Shown here piece by piece: positions 41,421 through 53,545 of a stretch of 64,000 bases of DNA. The translations under genes and the position numbers were made by a program. A model generated the notes under the pieces. It searched no databases. It saw only the letters and a list, made by a program, of their open reading frames with translations, and was not told the DNA's origin. This DNA comes from Octopus sinensis (taxonomy: Eukaryota). The stretch spans positions 26,164,001-26,228,000 of the forward strand of contig NC_043002.1 in NCBI RefSeq assembly GCF_006345805.1. The letters are read 5' to 3'. How positions within the stretch are numbered: the stretch's first letter is position 1; every line of letters starts with the position of its first letter.

Positions 41421-41632
41421 ATATAATATTAATTAGAGACAAAACCACTATTATGCAAATCAAGTAAAGAAAGACTTAATCCAATACATAAATTTTTTTA
41501 TATAAATTAAATATAATTAAGATTAATTAATCTTAATTATATTTAATTTATATAAATTTTTTTATGTATTGGATTAAGTCTTTCTCTATTTGATTTGCAT
41601 AATAGTGGTTTTGTCTCTAATTAATATTATAT
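41421..41632. repeat. Loopless 212-bp near-perfect palindrome (fold-back MITE-like)
   Basis: Centre of symmetry between 41526 and 41527 (gattaa|ttaatc). Arms pair out to 41421/41632 with about six mismatches. Confidence 0.92.
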
Positions 41633-41726
41633 TATATTTTACTATAAAATTGGATTCAATCATAAATCTGATTTTTCCCTGTAAATTTGGATTTATTCCC
41701 TAATATTTATTATTATATATATTATA

Positions 41727-41759
<33 letters not shown>

Positions 41760-41768
<9 letters not shown>

Positions 41769-41926
41769 TCGTAAATATGTATGCGTATGTATATGTATGT
41801 ATATATATATATACTCGTAAATATGTATGCGTATGTATATATATATATATACTCGTAATATGTATGCGTATGTATATGTATGTATATATATATATATATA
41901 TATACTCGTAAATATGTATGCGTATG

Positions 41927-41935
<9 letters not shown>
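41760..41935 (+). repeat. Four-copy minisatellite (atactcgtaaatatgtatgcgtatgtata + variable (TA)n)
   Basis: Core at about 41765, 41811, 41849 and 41903. Confidence 0.9.
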
Positions 41936-42015
<80 letters not shown>

Positions 42016-42030
42016 CATACAAACACACAC

Positions 42031-42061
<31 letters not shown>

Positions 42062-42248
42062 CTTATACTGGGTGTTTAAGGGTTCAGCAAGTAGAATAAT
42101 AGGTTAGAGACTAAGGATATCATTATAATGAAAACTATAAATCTTGTGAAATACAGCTACCCAGGGTTCCTGGTCGAGACATTAATTTGTTTCACCATAT
42201 ATCAAGCTTGATAAATGATTAAATAAATTATCGTTTAGACCAGGAACC

Positions 42249-42334
<86 letters not shown>

Positions 42335-43157
42335 GGTGCTCTGAATGGGTAACCAAAGTGCATGTCGATGTTAAACCACAGCGTATCGTCAGTGAAAACT
42401 TAAGTGACAGAACAAATAAAGAAAAAAGTAAGTTGGACAACCACAAAAAGGAAGATTGTTTTTACTTTTGTACGTACGAAAGGTTTGTGAGCTGATAATT
42501 AAACTCTGAAAAATACAAAATGACTTTGGCTATCTATTGTGGCCTATTCATGTTCAAGTATATATTTTTGTTAACATTCATTTTCCAATCTCTGGTTTCA
42601 ATCAAAATATTACTGACTCACAATTAATTAACTCTCCTTTTCATGATCTCGTACTTCCCTCTCTTTTTCATGTCCTTTCTTTCCCACTGTGCATACTTGT
42701 TATTCTACTTCGCTCTCTGTCTCTTTGGTATATTTATTTAGTCATACACTCGTTTCACTTACTTTATCATGTATTTTATATTTTTGTTTACACATTTTAT
42801 TGTTATCCTATTTAATATCTTCTTTCTTACGTTCTTTCCATATTTATTTTCTATTTTTTCTTTTTCTCTTAATGTTTTCTCTGTCCCTCTTCTCTGCGTC
42901 TTATTTTACCATCTCTCAATTGTTTCTGAGTTCCTCTTTTCCTTTCTCTGCCGATTGCTTTAAGTTTCTCTCGCAAAATATACCTCGCCATGACCCAACT
43001 CACAACATTAGTTTTCTGTAACTTAATACAACAAATCCATAACAATAAGCATCGACATGCACTTGGAACAGTTAATGTAGGTTTCAAAGCAAACATGGTC
43101 AAATGCACCTATAATCTAATAATAAAATTTAGGCTTATCGTGATTTCTCATATACAA

Positions 43158-43202
<45 letters not shown>

Positions 43203-43221
43203 ATATATATATGTATACATA

Positions 43222-43442
43222 CACGAGAGGGTGCTGAAAAGTTCCTGGCTTTAAGGTTATCGTGAAGAGACTAGCTGGAGCAACAAAGGTCCGCGTTCTT
43301 TTAAAGAGAATAGAAAAACTGAAGGACTAATACAATAAGTATGTGAATCTGAGAGGGGGATCTGTTGAATAAGATCATAATTAGTTGATCTTCTTGTATT
43401 TTCTTTTACCCAAAACCAGGCACTTTTCAGCAAACCCTCGTA
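43222..43442. mobile_element. mariner-derived MITE
   Basis: TIRs cacgagagggtgctgaaaagttcctggcttt and aaaaccaggcacttttcagcaaaccctcgta; TA flanks. Confidence 0.8.
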
Positions 43443-43580
43443 CACATACAGACAGAGACACACAAACACACACACACAAATATACACACATACATACACA
43501 CACGCACGCGCACAGACACACGTATCTTTGTGTTTATATTCGTGCAAATGTAAATAGAAATATATATATATATATAATAT

Positions 43581-43616
<36 letters not shown>

Positions 43617-43621
43617 CAAGA

Positions 43622-43788
43622 GGGAACTTTTTATCCAATATGTGGAAGCCCTTATGCTAGAAGAAGATCCGCTATCGTCTCAACCATATGGTGTGCTAAA
43701 TTTTCGGGAGAACAATTCTTAGTGGTTAAGACCATAGCGGACCTTCGTCTAGCATAAGGTCTTCCACATAGTGGTTTAAAAATTCCCA
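43622..43788. mobile_element. Small fold-back element (~65-bp imperfect arms)
   Basis: tatgtggaagcccttatgctagaagaagatccgctatcgtctcaacca vs tggttaagaccatagcggaccttcgtctagcataaggtcttccacata. Ends gggaa...ttccc. Confidence 0.85.
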
Positions 43789-43929
43789 CTTATATTTATG
43801 TATGAAATACTATTTACTGAATCTCAGCTTTTCTTATATGCTAGACCACTGGTGTTAAAATTGATGTTATCAAATTAATATCCAATTTTTCACCCTTATT
43901 CTGATTTGAATTTTGAATTATACACACAT

Positions 43930-43969
<40 letters not shown>

Positions 43970-44629
43970 CTATATATATATTCATAACTACATATACCGG
44001 TATAGGTATAAGTCTGTCTATGTCTGTTTTGAAAGGAACAATATTTCCGGTTTACACAAAGCTGTGAGTGTGATTGTATGTGCGTGCACTAGCTTTATAT
44101 TGATTTCTAACAAAAGCGTAAAATCACATGTATATGGTAATTTCCGATTCCACTGACCTATTACGTGGTCCTTACTTTATTTCATGGAGTCCAGATTGAT
44201 ACAGAAAATATTGAACATGGAAGGATTTGAAATCAGCAAGTGAAAATACGTTCATAAATTATTACGATCGTTCGCACATCGCTCTAGTTATTCCGTCAAT
44301 CGATTGTCTTTATATCGATAAACAATATTGCATGTTCATTTGATATCAATGTTTACTATTCTGGATTTTTCAGTAGTACATAGCAAATATATTATTCTGA
44401 AGGAATGGGAGTCTTGCCTGCATAAACAACCTAGCATTATGCGTTTGGCTTGAATTTCTATGCAGAGTGGCGAACATTAGAGATGTGTGAGTTTCATGCT
44501 TTCGTTGTATTAGTTAAAAAAAAAAGAGCAAATAGATTGGAACATAGCTAGTAGGTACTTAAAGATTTACTTCATTCCTATGAGCGCTTTGAAGTATAAT
44601 ATATTTTTCACAGTCATACGTGCATACAT

Positions 44630-44667
<38 letters not shown>

Positions 44668-44814
44668 ATATACACACATGTATGTATGTATATAGAAGGC
44701 GGTGCTCCAGCATGGCCGCAGTGAAATGAGTGAAACAAGTAAAAGAGTAAAAGAGTATATGTATGTCGGTAGGTAGGTATGTGTGCGTATATATATATAT
44801 ATATATAATATATA

Positions 44815-44859
<45 letters not shown>

Positions 44860-45064
44860 CATACATACATACATATATATATGTTTATATGTATATATAT
44901 GCATTTATATATATATATTCACACAAAGACACGCAGAGATAGAGACACGTGACTAAGCACACACAGGCACATATATATTCATATATTACACATACGTATA
45001 TACATAGTGTGGTGAATAAATTGAAATGAAATTGACGCTTCCAGTCGACTTCGGAATCTCCTGA

Positions 45065-45770
45065 GGCTCTACCGGACGGTCTCATTGTTCAAGTTGGTGA
45101 ATGCTGCCATAATCGTTGCCTTCAGGACATCTCTGGTGTTACAAAGAGATTGTTGGTCTCTCGTTCAACTGCACCCCACACCACAGTCAAGAGATTTGCA
45201 GTCTGGGGAGTTAGGGTGACGTGGTCGAGTGGCATAATGCAGAGCCGTGTTTCCAAACATAATATCCTCCAGTAGCCATCCTCTTAACCCAGGTAAGACA
45301 ACCGCCTCCAAACACTCGATGTAGGCCTCCGTTTTGAAGGTGAGGCTGTGTGGGAACATGGATGGAGGCATGAGGTCCCCATCACTAGTGATCACTCTAA
45401 ACACCATGATCTCTTGAAGGCGGTACCCCGGCATGGCGTCTGTCCAATCATTAAAATAAGTAAAAGATAAAGGTCCATCTACGTATGTACATATGTACGT
45501 ACGTACCTCACCCCTCCCTCCCTACCTACCTTCCTATATACCTACATATATACCGACTTACCTTCTTACCTCTGTAGCTCTCATTTTGTCGTAATTGATC
45601 AACCTCTGCACATATGACTCTTTGTTCTGTGAGTTCACCAGCTGATCCTGACAGAAATTGTTCTCGTCAGAGTAAAACCAAAGCATGTTCGGTTGGAGGG
45701 GATGCATTGAGTTTGTTCAAAGTTTCGTTGCGCGATCTCTCCACTTGTCTCCGATAGCTTGGGATAAAAA
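45065..45770 (-). mobile_element. Second maT-family transposase fragment, interrupted by a 218-bp insert
   Basis: MVFRVITSDGDLMPPSMFPHSLTFKTEAYIECLEAVVLP and PNSPDCKSLD. tcgtcagag..aaaccaaagcatgttcgg is shared with 25780-25815. Confidence 0.8.
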
Positions 45771-46415
45771 TTGGTCTTTATATATATATATATACGCTCT
45801 CTTAGAAGAGAGGAGTTTTAACGCATACTGCATTTACTTAGAGTTAAAATATTAATGCATACCTACATGCATAATTACAAAAAACATACACAAGCACACA
45901 CACACATAATCACACCCACTACACCCACAGACACACAAATACACACACACAAGCACAATTATATATTTGAGTGTGGGAGGCAACGTGCTCTTGGGTTAGA
46001 ATTGCATATACAGTTGTCAATTCAAGCAGAAGTTTTTAGCGTTCTAAAGTAATTTGAAAGTTATACACTATTAACGCGTATAGGCATCTAATATCTACGA
46101 AGATAAATGAGTTTTCTTTCTATGATGAAATTCTAATATGTCTAGTGTCTCATTCATATTCATATGAATCTAAAATTCTTTAGGAAGAGAGATGGAGAGA
46201 GAAAAAAGGAGAGAGAGAAAGAGAGTTAGAGAGAGAAGTATACATACAATAGAACAAGGAGAAATAAGCTTTGGGCTATATCCGATGTCTTTGCTTTTCA
46301 AGGAGTATATAAAATAGAGTGTTATGTACTCCATGAAATGCGATATTTGCAAGTAGGTGTGTGTATGTATATAAGGACTTATGTGGCGACTACGTATATA
46401 TATATATATATATAC

Positions 46416-46457
<42 letters not shown>

Positions 46458-48451
46458 AAGATTCAATAGAATTGGAATCAACAAATATACTCCATCAGGT
46501 AAGAGATAAATATCAATTTAAAGACACAACGAAAGGAGCTAGTAATAGCTTCATGCCTGTTCAAGTATCATAATTGCAGGGAGCTGTTAGTAGCTCTTTC
46601 GGTTGTGTATTTAAAAGTATACATACATACATACCTTTCGGGTTTGTTTATAAAAAATATTATTTATGTACTACATACATATATACACATATATATAATA
46701 AAATTTATATATATATAATAAATTGTAATTATATATATAGATGTATATATATAAGGGTACAGGACGTCGCCAACATTGCAAATAACACGAAATACGTAAC
46801 AAAAAGGGGAAAACGAGTGAAATACGTAAAGAATGAGAAAAATTGAAAACAGGACATGTAAACACAGGGAAAGTACCCTTTGTCAGATGATGGCTTTCTA
46901 TCTACTCCTCCTTTCGAGCATTTCATATATATATATATATATATTATATATATACACATGTACACGCTCACACATATTATATTTATATGTATACATATCA
47001 ATTAATGTATCACGAAACAGTAGGTTCACCACATCACTTTCATGAACTTACAGGGTTTTCTTTTTATTCTGCACTAAGAAACCATATACATATAGATATA
47101 TACACACTCTTTAGCGGTTTATCTTTTAAGTAACCCTGATGTTCTGGTGATCTGATGGGTTAGTTTTCTTTATTTTCATTGATTTGTGAATATGCAATTG
47201 TAGTGTATGATGCTTAGCCTGCATATCAATACAGACATAAACGTAATTAAACATAATTTATCATTAGCATAATCTATTGGACAGTGAAATTATTTTTACA
47301 CGATGAAGATTGCTAAACATCCGAAATACTAAGAAAGTCAAACAGTTAAATACATATCTTATAACTCTTGATTTTTATCTTTTATATACTACTCATGTAA
47401 GAATTTCATCGATCGGTCGCTTGGATTTCTATTGCATTGAACTTTGCATTATACTCCTCTGCATTGGATTACTCTGTCCTCCGTTAGCTGAGTCCCTGAG
47501 TCCGTTAGAGGAACTTTTTCTGAAAGCCGCGTGATTCTATGAATCGATACCTTACCCTACAGATTAACACCCCCCCACACACACGCATACATACACCACC
47601 CACACCTATATGGAATAAGTATTTAAAAACATTTAAATCCATTAATTATATAAAAATTTCGAAAATATTCCCTCCCATATGATGGGTTCATCTATTTTCA
47701 TTCAAGTTTCAACGGAACAATGCCATCTCTGGCAAATGGTCATTCATCCTGTTTCCTACTTTGAGCGAGTTTATGTAGAGAAACATTTCTCAAAAGCCTT
47801 CATTCTTCACTCTTTGACCCTTACCGTGAAACTTGGTGATGGGTGTCTAATGATTTGGGAAATTATATCAAGGAATTCTCTTGGCTCTCAATGTTGTACA
47901 AGACTAAGTTTACGCCAAGGATTATCCGACTATTTTGAGGGCCAATATCCATCTTATAGTACAATCACAGTTCCCTGATTGTAGTGCAATCTTCTATGAG
48001 GATACCACACTGCATCATTCAAGTAATGGCAGAGACGCTTCGCATATGCTCCCACAATCAATGGATCTCTATATAGCTGAGCATTTATGGTGGATTTTAA
48101 AGCAGAACGTGAGGAGATATTCCTTCCCCCAATATCACTAAGAGAACTAAACCGTTCAGAATTTGTAACTTAACTGTTAGGATAGAGACACAATAGTTTA
48201 AGATTTGAAAAAATGTAGTGGGGTCAATTCATTCGGCTAAAATCTCTTGAAGGCGGTACCCCGGCATGGCGTCTGTCCAATCATTAAAATAAGTAAAAGA
48301 TAAAGGTCCATCTACGTATGTACATATGTACGTACGTACCTCACCCCTCCCTCCCTACCTATATACCTACATATATACCGACTTACCTTCTTACCTCTGT
48401 ATCTCTCTTTTTGTCGTAATTGATCAACCTCTGCACATATGACTCTTTGTT
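45409..48451 (+). repeat. Dispersed direct repeat: 45409-45626 and 48242-48451
   Basis: atctcttgaaggcggtaccccggcatggcgtctgtccaatc...gcacatatgactctttgtt is nearly identical in both copies; copy 1 is about 8 nt longer. Confidence 0.92.
47700..48200 (+). pseudogene. Tc1-like DDE transposase relic
   Basis: ERVYV, TVKLGDGCLMIWEII, FPDCSAIFYEDTT and LPQSMDLYIAEHLWWILKQNVR correspond to Tc1 catalytic-domain motifs. Confidence 0.7.
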
Positions 48452-49714
48452 TAGATATCCTTCCATCTTGTTTATCGTAAGCTTTGACTTGTAATCAAGA
48501 TTTCTAATTCATCATCAACGTCCGAAAAGGAAGTGCTGTATGTACGTACTTACGTATGTATGTATGTATGTATGTATGTATGTATGTATGTATGTATGTA
48601 TGTATGTATGTATGTACGTACGTACTTACGTATGTATGTATGTATGTATGTATGCATGTATGTATGGATGTATGTATGCATGCATGCATGTATGGATGGA
48701 TGGATGGATATTGTATGTATGCTATGAATGTATATATGTACGTATATATGCATATGTGGGTGTATGTATATGTGTGTGTGTGTGTGTGTATGTAATACAT
48801 ACATAAGCGCACATACACACACAGATACACAGAGACACGCACGCATGCATGCACACAGAGGCACACAGACACAGACACACACCAACATACACACACTCTC
48901 ACTCATAACCAAATATATAAAGGGAGAGATGGATAAATGGATAAATAGATAGAAACATAGATACATAAATTTTTATATATATATCGAGATCGAGAGAGAG
49001 AGACAGTGTGAGTGAGTGAGATAGATTAATAGATAGATGGATGGATAGAAAGTGAGAGCGAGATATTACAGTGGGCTTAAGTGGATGCCTCACTCTAATT
49101 GGATTTGCCTCTGTAAATACGACATTGCCATCCATCTTTAATAATCCTACGTAATCATCTTCTTACTCCTCATTTTACTCCTCCTCCTCCTCCTCTTCCT
49201 TATCACTATCGTCATTATCATGACGATGATAATAAGGAAGAGGAGAAGGTCATGATCAGGATCACCATGATCATGCTCATCATCATCATCAAAGTCATCA
49301 TTTTGATATATAGATTCTTATTTTAGATTTTTCTAGTGACTTCTCTGTTGCTTTCCTCTTCATGGTATTCTTCTTGTTATATCCTTTTTTCTTTCTGCTA
49401 CGTTCACTATTCGTGATTTGTGAAATACACGAAGAATATATTTTGTTAAATTAAAAACAATTACGAAACCATGCGTTAAAATGTTCAAGATTAGCAACTG
49501 AATTGTGAGAATACAGCAACAACAACACTGGCGTTCGTAGCATCTTTCCGTCCTCCCAACTGCAAATGGACATCATAATTCATACAGTGTTTTTAATTTA
49601 ACAACAAAGTCAGTATAATTCTGTAAGTTTTCAACTCATTTCCTTTCAACATTATAGATATTTTCGCATTGTGATTAAAACAACACTGTTGTCATTTGAT
49701 TTCAAGTTTCAAAT

Positions 49715-50160
49715 GACTTGAAATCTTCAAAGCCACAGTTGAACCAATTCTACTATATGGCTCAGAAACCTGGACGTTATCAAAGAAGCTTGAGAGGCGG
49801 TTGGATGGAACCTACACTCGCCTCCTTATGAGAGCTCAAAATCTCTCGTGGAAGCGTCATCCAACCAAAATGCAAATATATGGGAAACTACCACCTGTGT
49901 CATCTCTTGTGAAAGGTAGGAGAGACCAGTTTGCTGGACATTGTTGTAGAGCTGAAAAGAGGCAATTTCTACTCTTCTCCTCTGGAAGTCATCTACTCGC
50001 AATACCAGAGGGTGCACACTCTCCTAACCTGATGTAATCTTCAGGGATACAGGCATCCAGCAACAGGACATCCGTAATGCTATGATGGACCGTGAAGTCT
50101 GGCGTAGCATGGTAAATTCCATTGTCTCGACCACGGTCGAACAATGATGATGATGATGTT
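49715..50160 (+). mobile_element. 3' end of an RTE-clade LINE with (TGA)n tail
   Basis: IFKATVEPILLYGSETWTLSKKLERRLDGTYTRLLMRAQNLSWKRHPT...QFAGHC, then (frameshifted) AMMDREVWRSMVNSIV, then tgatgatgatgatg. Confidence 0.9.
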
Positions 50161-51296
50161 GTCATTTATATAATTAAAAATAATGGCAGTGTTGTTAATT
50201 CTTAAATTGTGTTTTGGTCGTATGCTAAAATAACTTCCCATAGTTGTTTTCGAACAAAGGTGTAAAGTAATATGAACTTGGTCATTAAGGATTGAAAGCA
50301 ATCGTTATTACTGTTGTAGGTGGTGGCATTTAACCACCATCCCGCCGGAATGTTTTTTATTTCTGTATCTCATCTCTGATTTGTTCAATGCTTTCAGTTC
50401 GAAATTTGGTATATCTTGTATTTTTTAGTTGTTTAAAATCATTGGACTGCGGCCAATCTGGGGCTCGGCTTCAAAGGGTTTAGTCTAACAACTCGATCCC
50501 AGTACTTATGTTTTTGCTAAAGATTGGCATTTATTCCATCCGTCACTTCTGCTAAGTTATGGGAACATAAGCAAACTAACGCCGGCTGTCAAGCGGTGGG
50601 AAGTAATCAAGTATAAACATACACACACACATATACATACATTTTCTTGTATTTTTTATACGTGTCAGCCCTAAGGCTACAGCAGGCTTCCACATAGTTA
50701 ACATCAACGAAATTCATCCATGAGGCATCGGTGGTCCCAGGACTAGAGTAGAAGTCACTTGCAGAGCGGAACTGAACGCAAGACTATTTGCTTGCTAACC
50801 TAATTTATTAATTACACAGTCATATACTCTATGGAAAGACTTCTACGCATGTTCGTGCCCACGCCAATTTTTCATAAGAAATCTCTGTGAATTGGATGCA
50901 TTGAATGAAAATGCCCTGGAATATTTAGTCCATGAGAAATCAATAATCATTATAAAGAGATATATCACCTTGCGATGAGGAATAACATACCCATTCGATT
51001 CATAAAGATGAATTAAAATATAGTTCAAGACAACATACCTGGTACAATATGATCAACGAAAATCTGCAAAGGTCCTGCACCTGTATGGCCGCACTCAGAC
51101 TACTAAAACTTCTAAAAGAATCGAACACTTCCTTATTAAAATGAGGCATCGGCATGATTGCGTGCTTAAGAAGATCGCTTTGCAGTTACCATGTTTCCGG
51201 TTCAGTCTGGCTGCGCGGCACCTTGACTGAAACTCTACTACTATAACCCAAGATAATCAAAGCATTCGTTAAACGGAAACTATGTAGAAGCGTATC

Positions 51297-51334
<38 letters not shown>

Positions 51335-51338
<4 letters not shown>

Positions 51339-51530
51339 TTACACTTTTACTTGTTTCAGTGATTTGACTGTGGCCATGCTGTAGCACCGCCTTTAGTCGA
51401 GCAAATCGACCCCAGGACTTATTCTTTGTAAGCCTAGTACTTATTCTATCGGTCTCTTTTGCCGAACCGCTAAGTTACGGGGACGTAAACACACCAGCAT
51501 CGGTTGTCAAGCGATGTTGTGGGGACAGAC
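51335..51530 (+). mobile_element. SINE-like repeat, family B (other copies at about 44700-44750, 50440-50600, 54765-54960, 60405-60580)
   Basis: Recurrent ttttacttgtttcagt.atttgactg.ggccatgctg.agcaccgcc...cctagtacttattctatcgg...gccgaac.gctaagttacgggga. Confidence 0.85.
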
Positions 51531-51754
51531 ACAGACACACAGACACACAAACACAAACACAAACACACACATATATATATACATATATACGACGGTCTTC
51601 TTTCAGTTTCCGTCTACCAAATCCACTCACAAGGATTTGTTCGGCCCGGGGCTGTAGTAGAAGACACTTGCTCAAGGTGCCACGCAGTGGGACTGAACCC
51701 GGAACCAAATGGTTGGTAAGCAAACTACTTACCACACAGCCGCCGTTCCTACAG

Positions 51755-51840
<86 letters not shown>

Positions 51841-52657
51841 TGTGTGTGTTTTGTGCACTTTATATCCCTTACTCCACTGCCACCGCTTAGCAACCGATGT
51901 TTATCTACGTCTACATAACAAAGCATTGTTTGCGCGGGCGGGGCAAGGAGAAAGATGCAATAAGTATCCGAATTAAAAATAGTGGGTCATTCTGTTGAAA
52001 ATAAAAACACAAAAAAAAATTTTAAAGGCGGTGCCCCAGTATGGCCCCGGTCCAGTGACTGAAACAGATATAAAAATATCCCGCTATATAGCGTTGCTGA
52101 TGTAGAAGTGGTTGTTATTGGTTCATATGTCGGTCATGATGAAACATGTTTGCGTCAGGAAATTATCCACTGTAATCTTATATATCGTGTTTATTTCAGG
52201 TAGTATTTTAGTTAATTAATATGTGCATCTAGCGAATGTACTAGGTATGGAAATGAATAAAGACGGGTATTTCTTATTTATAGTATTTTTAACAAGTTCA
52301 TGTAAGCGATTGTTTTTCTCCGTGGGACGAATGAGATAGATGCAACTGATGAGCCGTCAGCCATGCGAAAGTAATTGAGTTAATCTTCACTATGCGGCAA
52401 AAGAGGGAGAGGGAAGGGAAGAACGGAAGGAAGGGAAGAGAGGAAGGAAGGGAAGAGAGGAAGGAAGGGAAGAGAGGAAGGAAGGGAAGAGGAGAACGGG
52501 AAAGCGCTGCAATTGAAAAACATGGTACAGCAAATTAAAAAGGTTAAATTTCTGCTTATTAAGCACACGTATATTCACATATTCTGTGTCAATCCACACA
52601 CACACTCATACACACACACAAGCAAACATGCGTATATACACACAAACATAATTCTAT

Positions 52658-52743
<86 letters not shown>

Positions 52744-52789
52744 TACATATATGTATGTATGTATATATGCATATATGTATTTTGTATTT

Positions 52790-53090
52790 TATTTTGTAAT
52801 TTTATTTGTATCGTTTTTACGTCCTGTTTTTGTCACATTTTTTTCTTTCCTTGTTTTTACCCGTCTGCGAAGTAATTTTATTTAATTCTTTCGCAGGAAA
52901 TTCTTTCGCGGAGTCGTGTTCTGTCCTCACCTTCGAAACACGCTGGAGTTGAACTAGGGACAGCTGATGAAGTAGTTTGTCTTGTACTCTGTTTTTTCGT
53001 TGTTAAAAAAGGTCCGTTTACATGTTTGTTTTTACGTTTTCGTTTCTCGTTGAGTTCTATGTCTATTTGTGGTGTCCTGTACTTACGTAT
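52790..53090 (+). mobile_element. Interspersed repeat-like block carrying hammerhead core motifs (GAAAC at 52935, CTGATGA at 52964)
   Basis: T-rich block between (TA)n tracts; the motif pairing is described under findings. Family assignment is uncertain. Confidence 0.4.
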
Positions 53091-53179
53091 ATATATTTAT
53101 ATATGCATGTATATATACATGTAGATGTAGGTACGTACATATATGTATGTATGTATGTATGCATATATTTTATTTATTA

Positions 53180-53223
<44 letters not shown>

Positions 53224-53359
53224 TCTGTGTAATAAGATTATTACGTGCTTTCCAAAGCTCATTTACGAGTATCGGCTACCATACGCTGCCATACAGAAGG
53301 AATACTCCTATTACCGTTGATTTACGTAGAATTATGAAGTGGATTTAATTTAAACCACA

Positions 53360-53545
53360 ACGCTTGTTTTTGTGCACTAGCATCAGCTGAAAATAATAGG
53401 TGTTCCAGCAGTCCTCACAAGGCCACTCATCTGATGTCCTTCGTGTATCCAACGATTGCTGCGTCACGTTCATATAATAATATGTAATAAATGTGAAACA
53501 CTCAGCAATCAACAGCTGATTCTAATGCACAGAAACAATTGTAGA
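53360..53545. mobile_element. Small MITE-like inverted repeat
   Basis: ttgtttttgtgcactagcatcagctg (53363) vs cagctgattctaatgcacagaaacaa (~53513-53538). Confidence 0.65.

Noticed and set aside
52346-52385. CTGATGA-GC...GC-GAAA motif
   Set aside because: Stem II is only 2 bp, with no credible stem III, NUH site or stem I.
53345-53530. Minus-strand open frame after a good acceptor (NQLLIAECF...WPCEDCWNTYYF)
   Set aside because: The acceptor is one arm of a MITE inverted repeat and is mirrored on the other strand; there is no donor.
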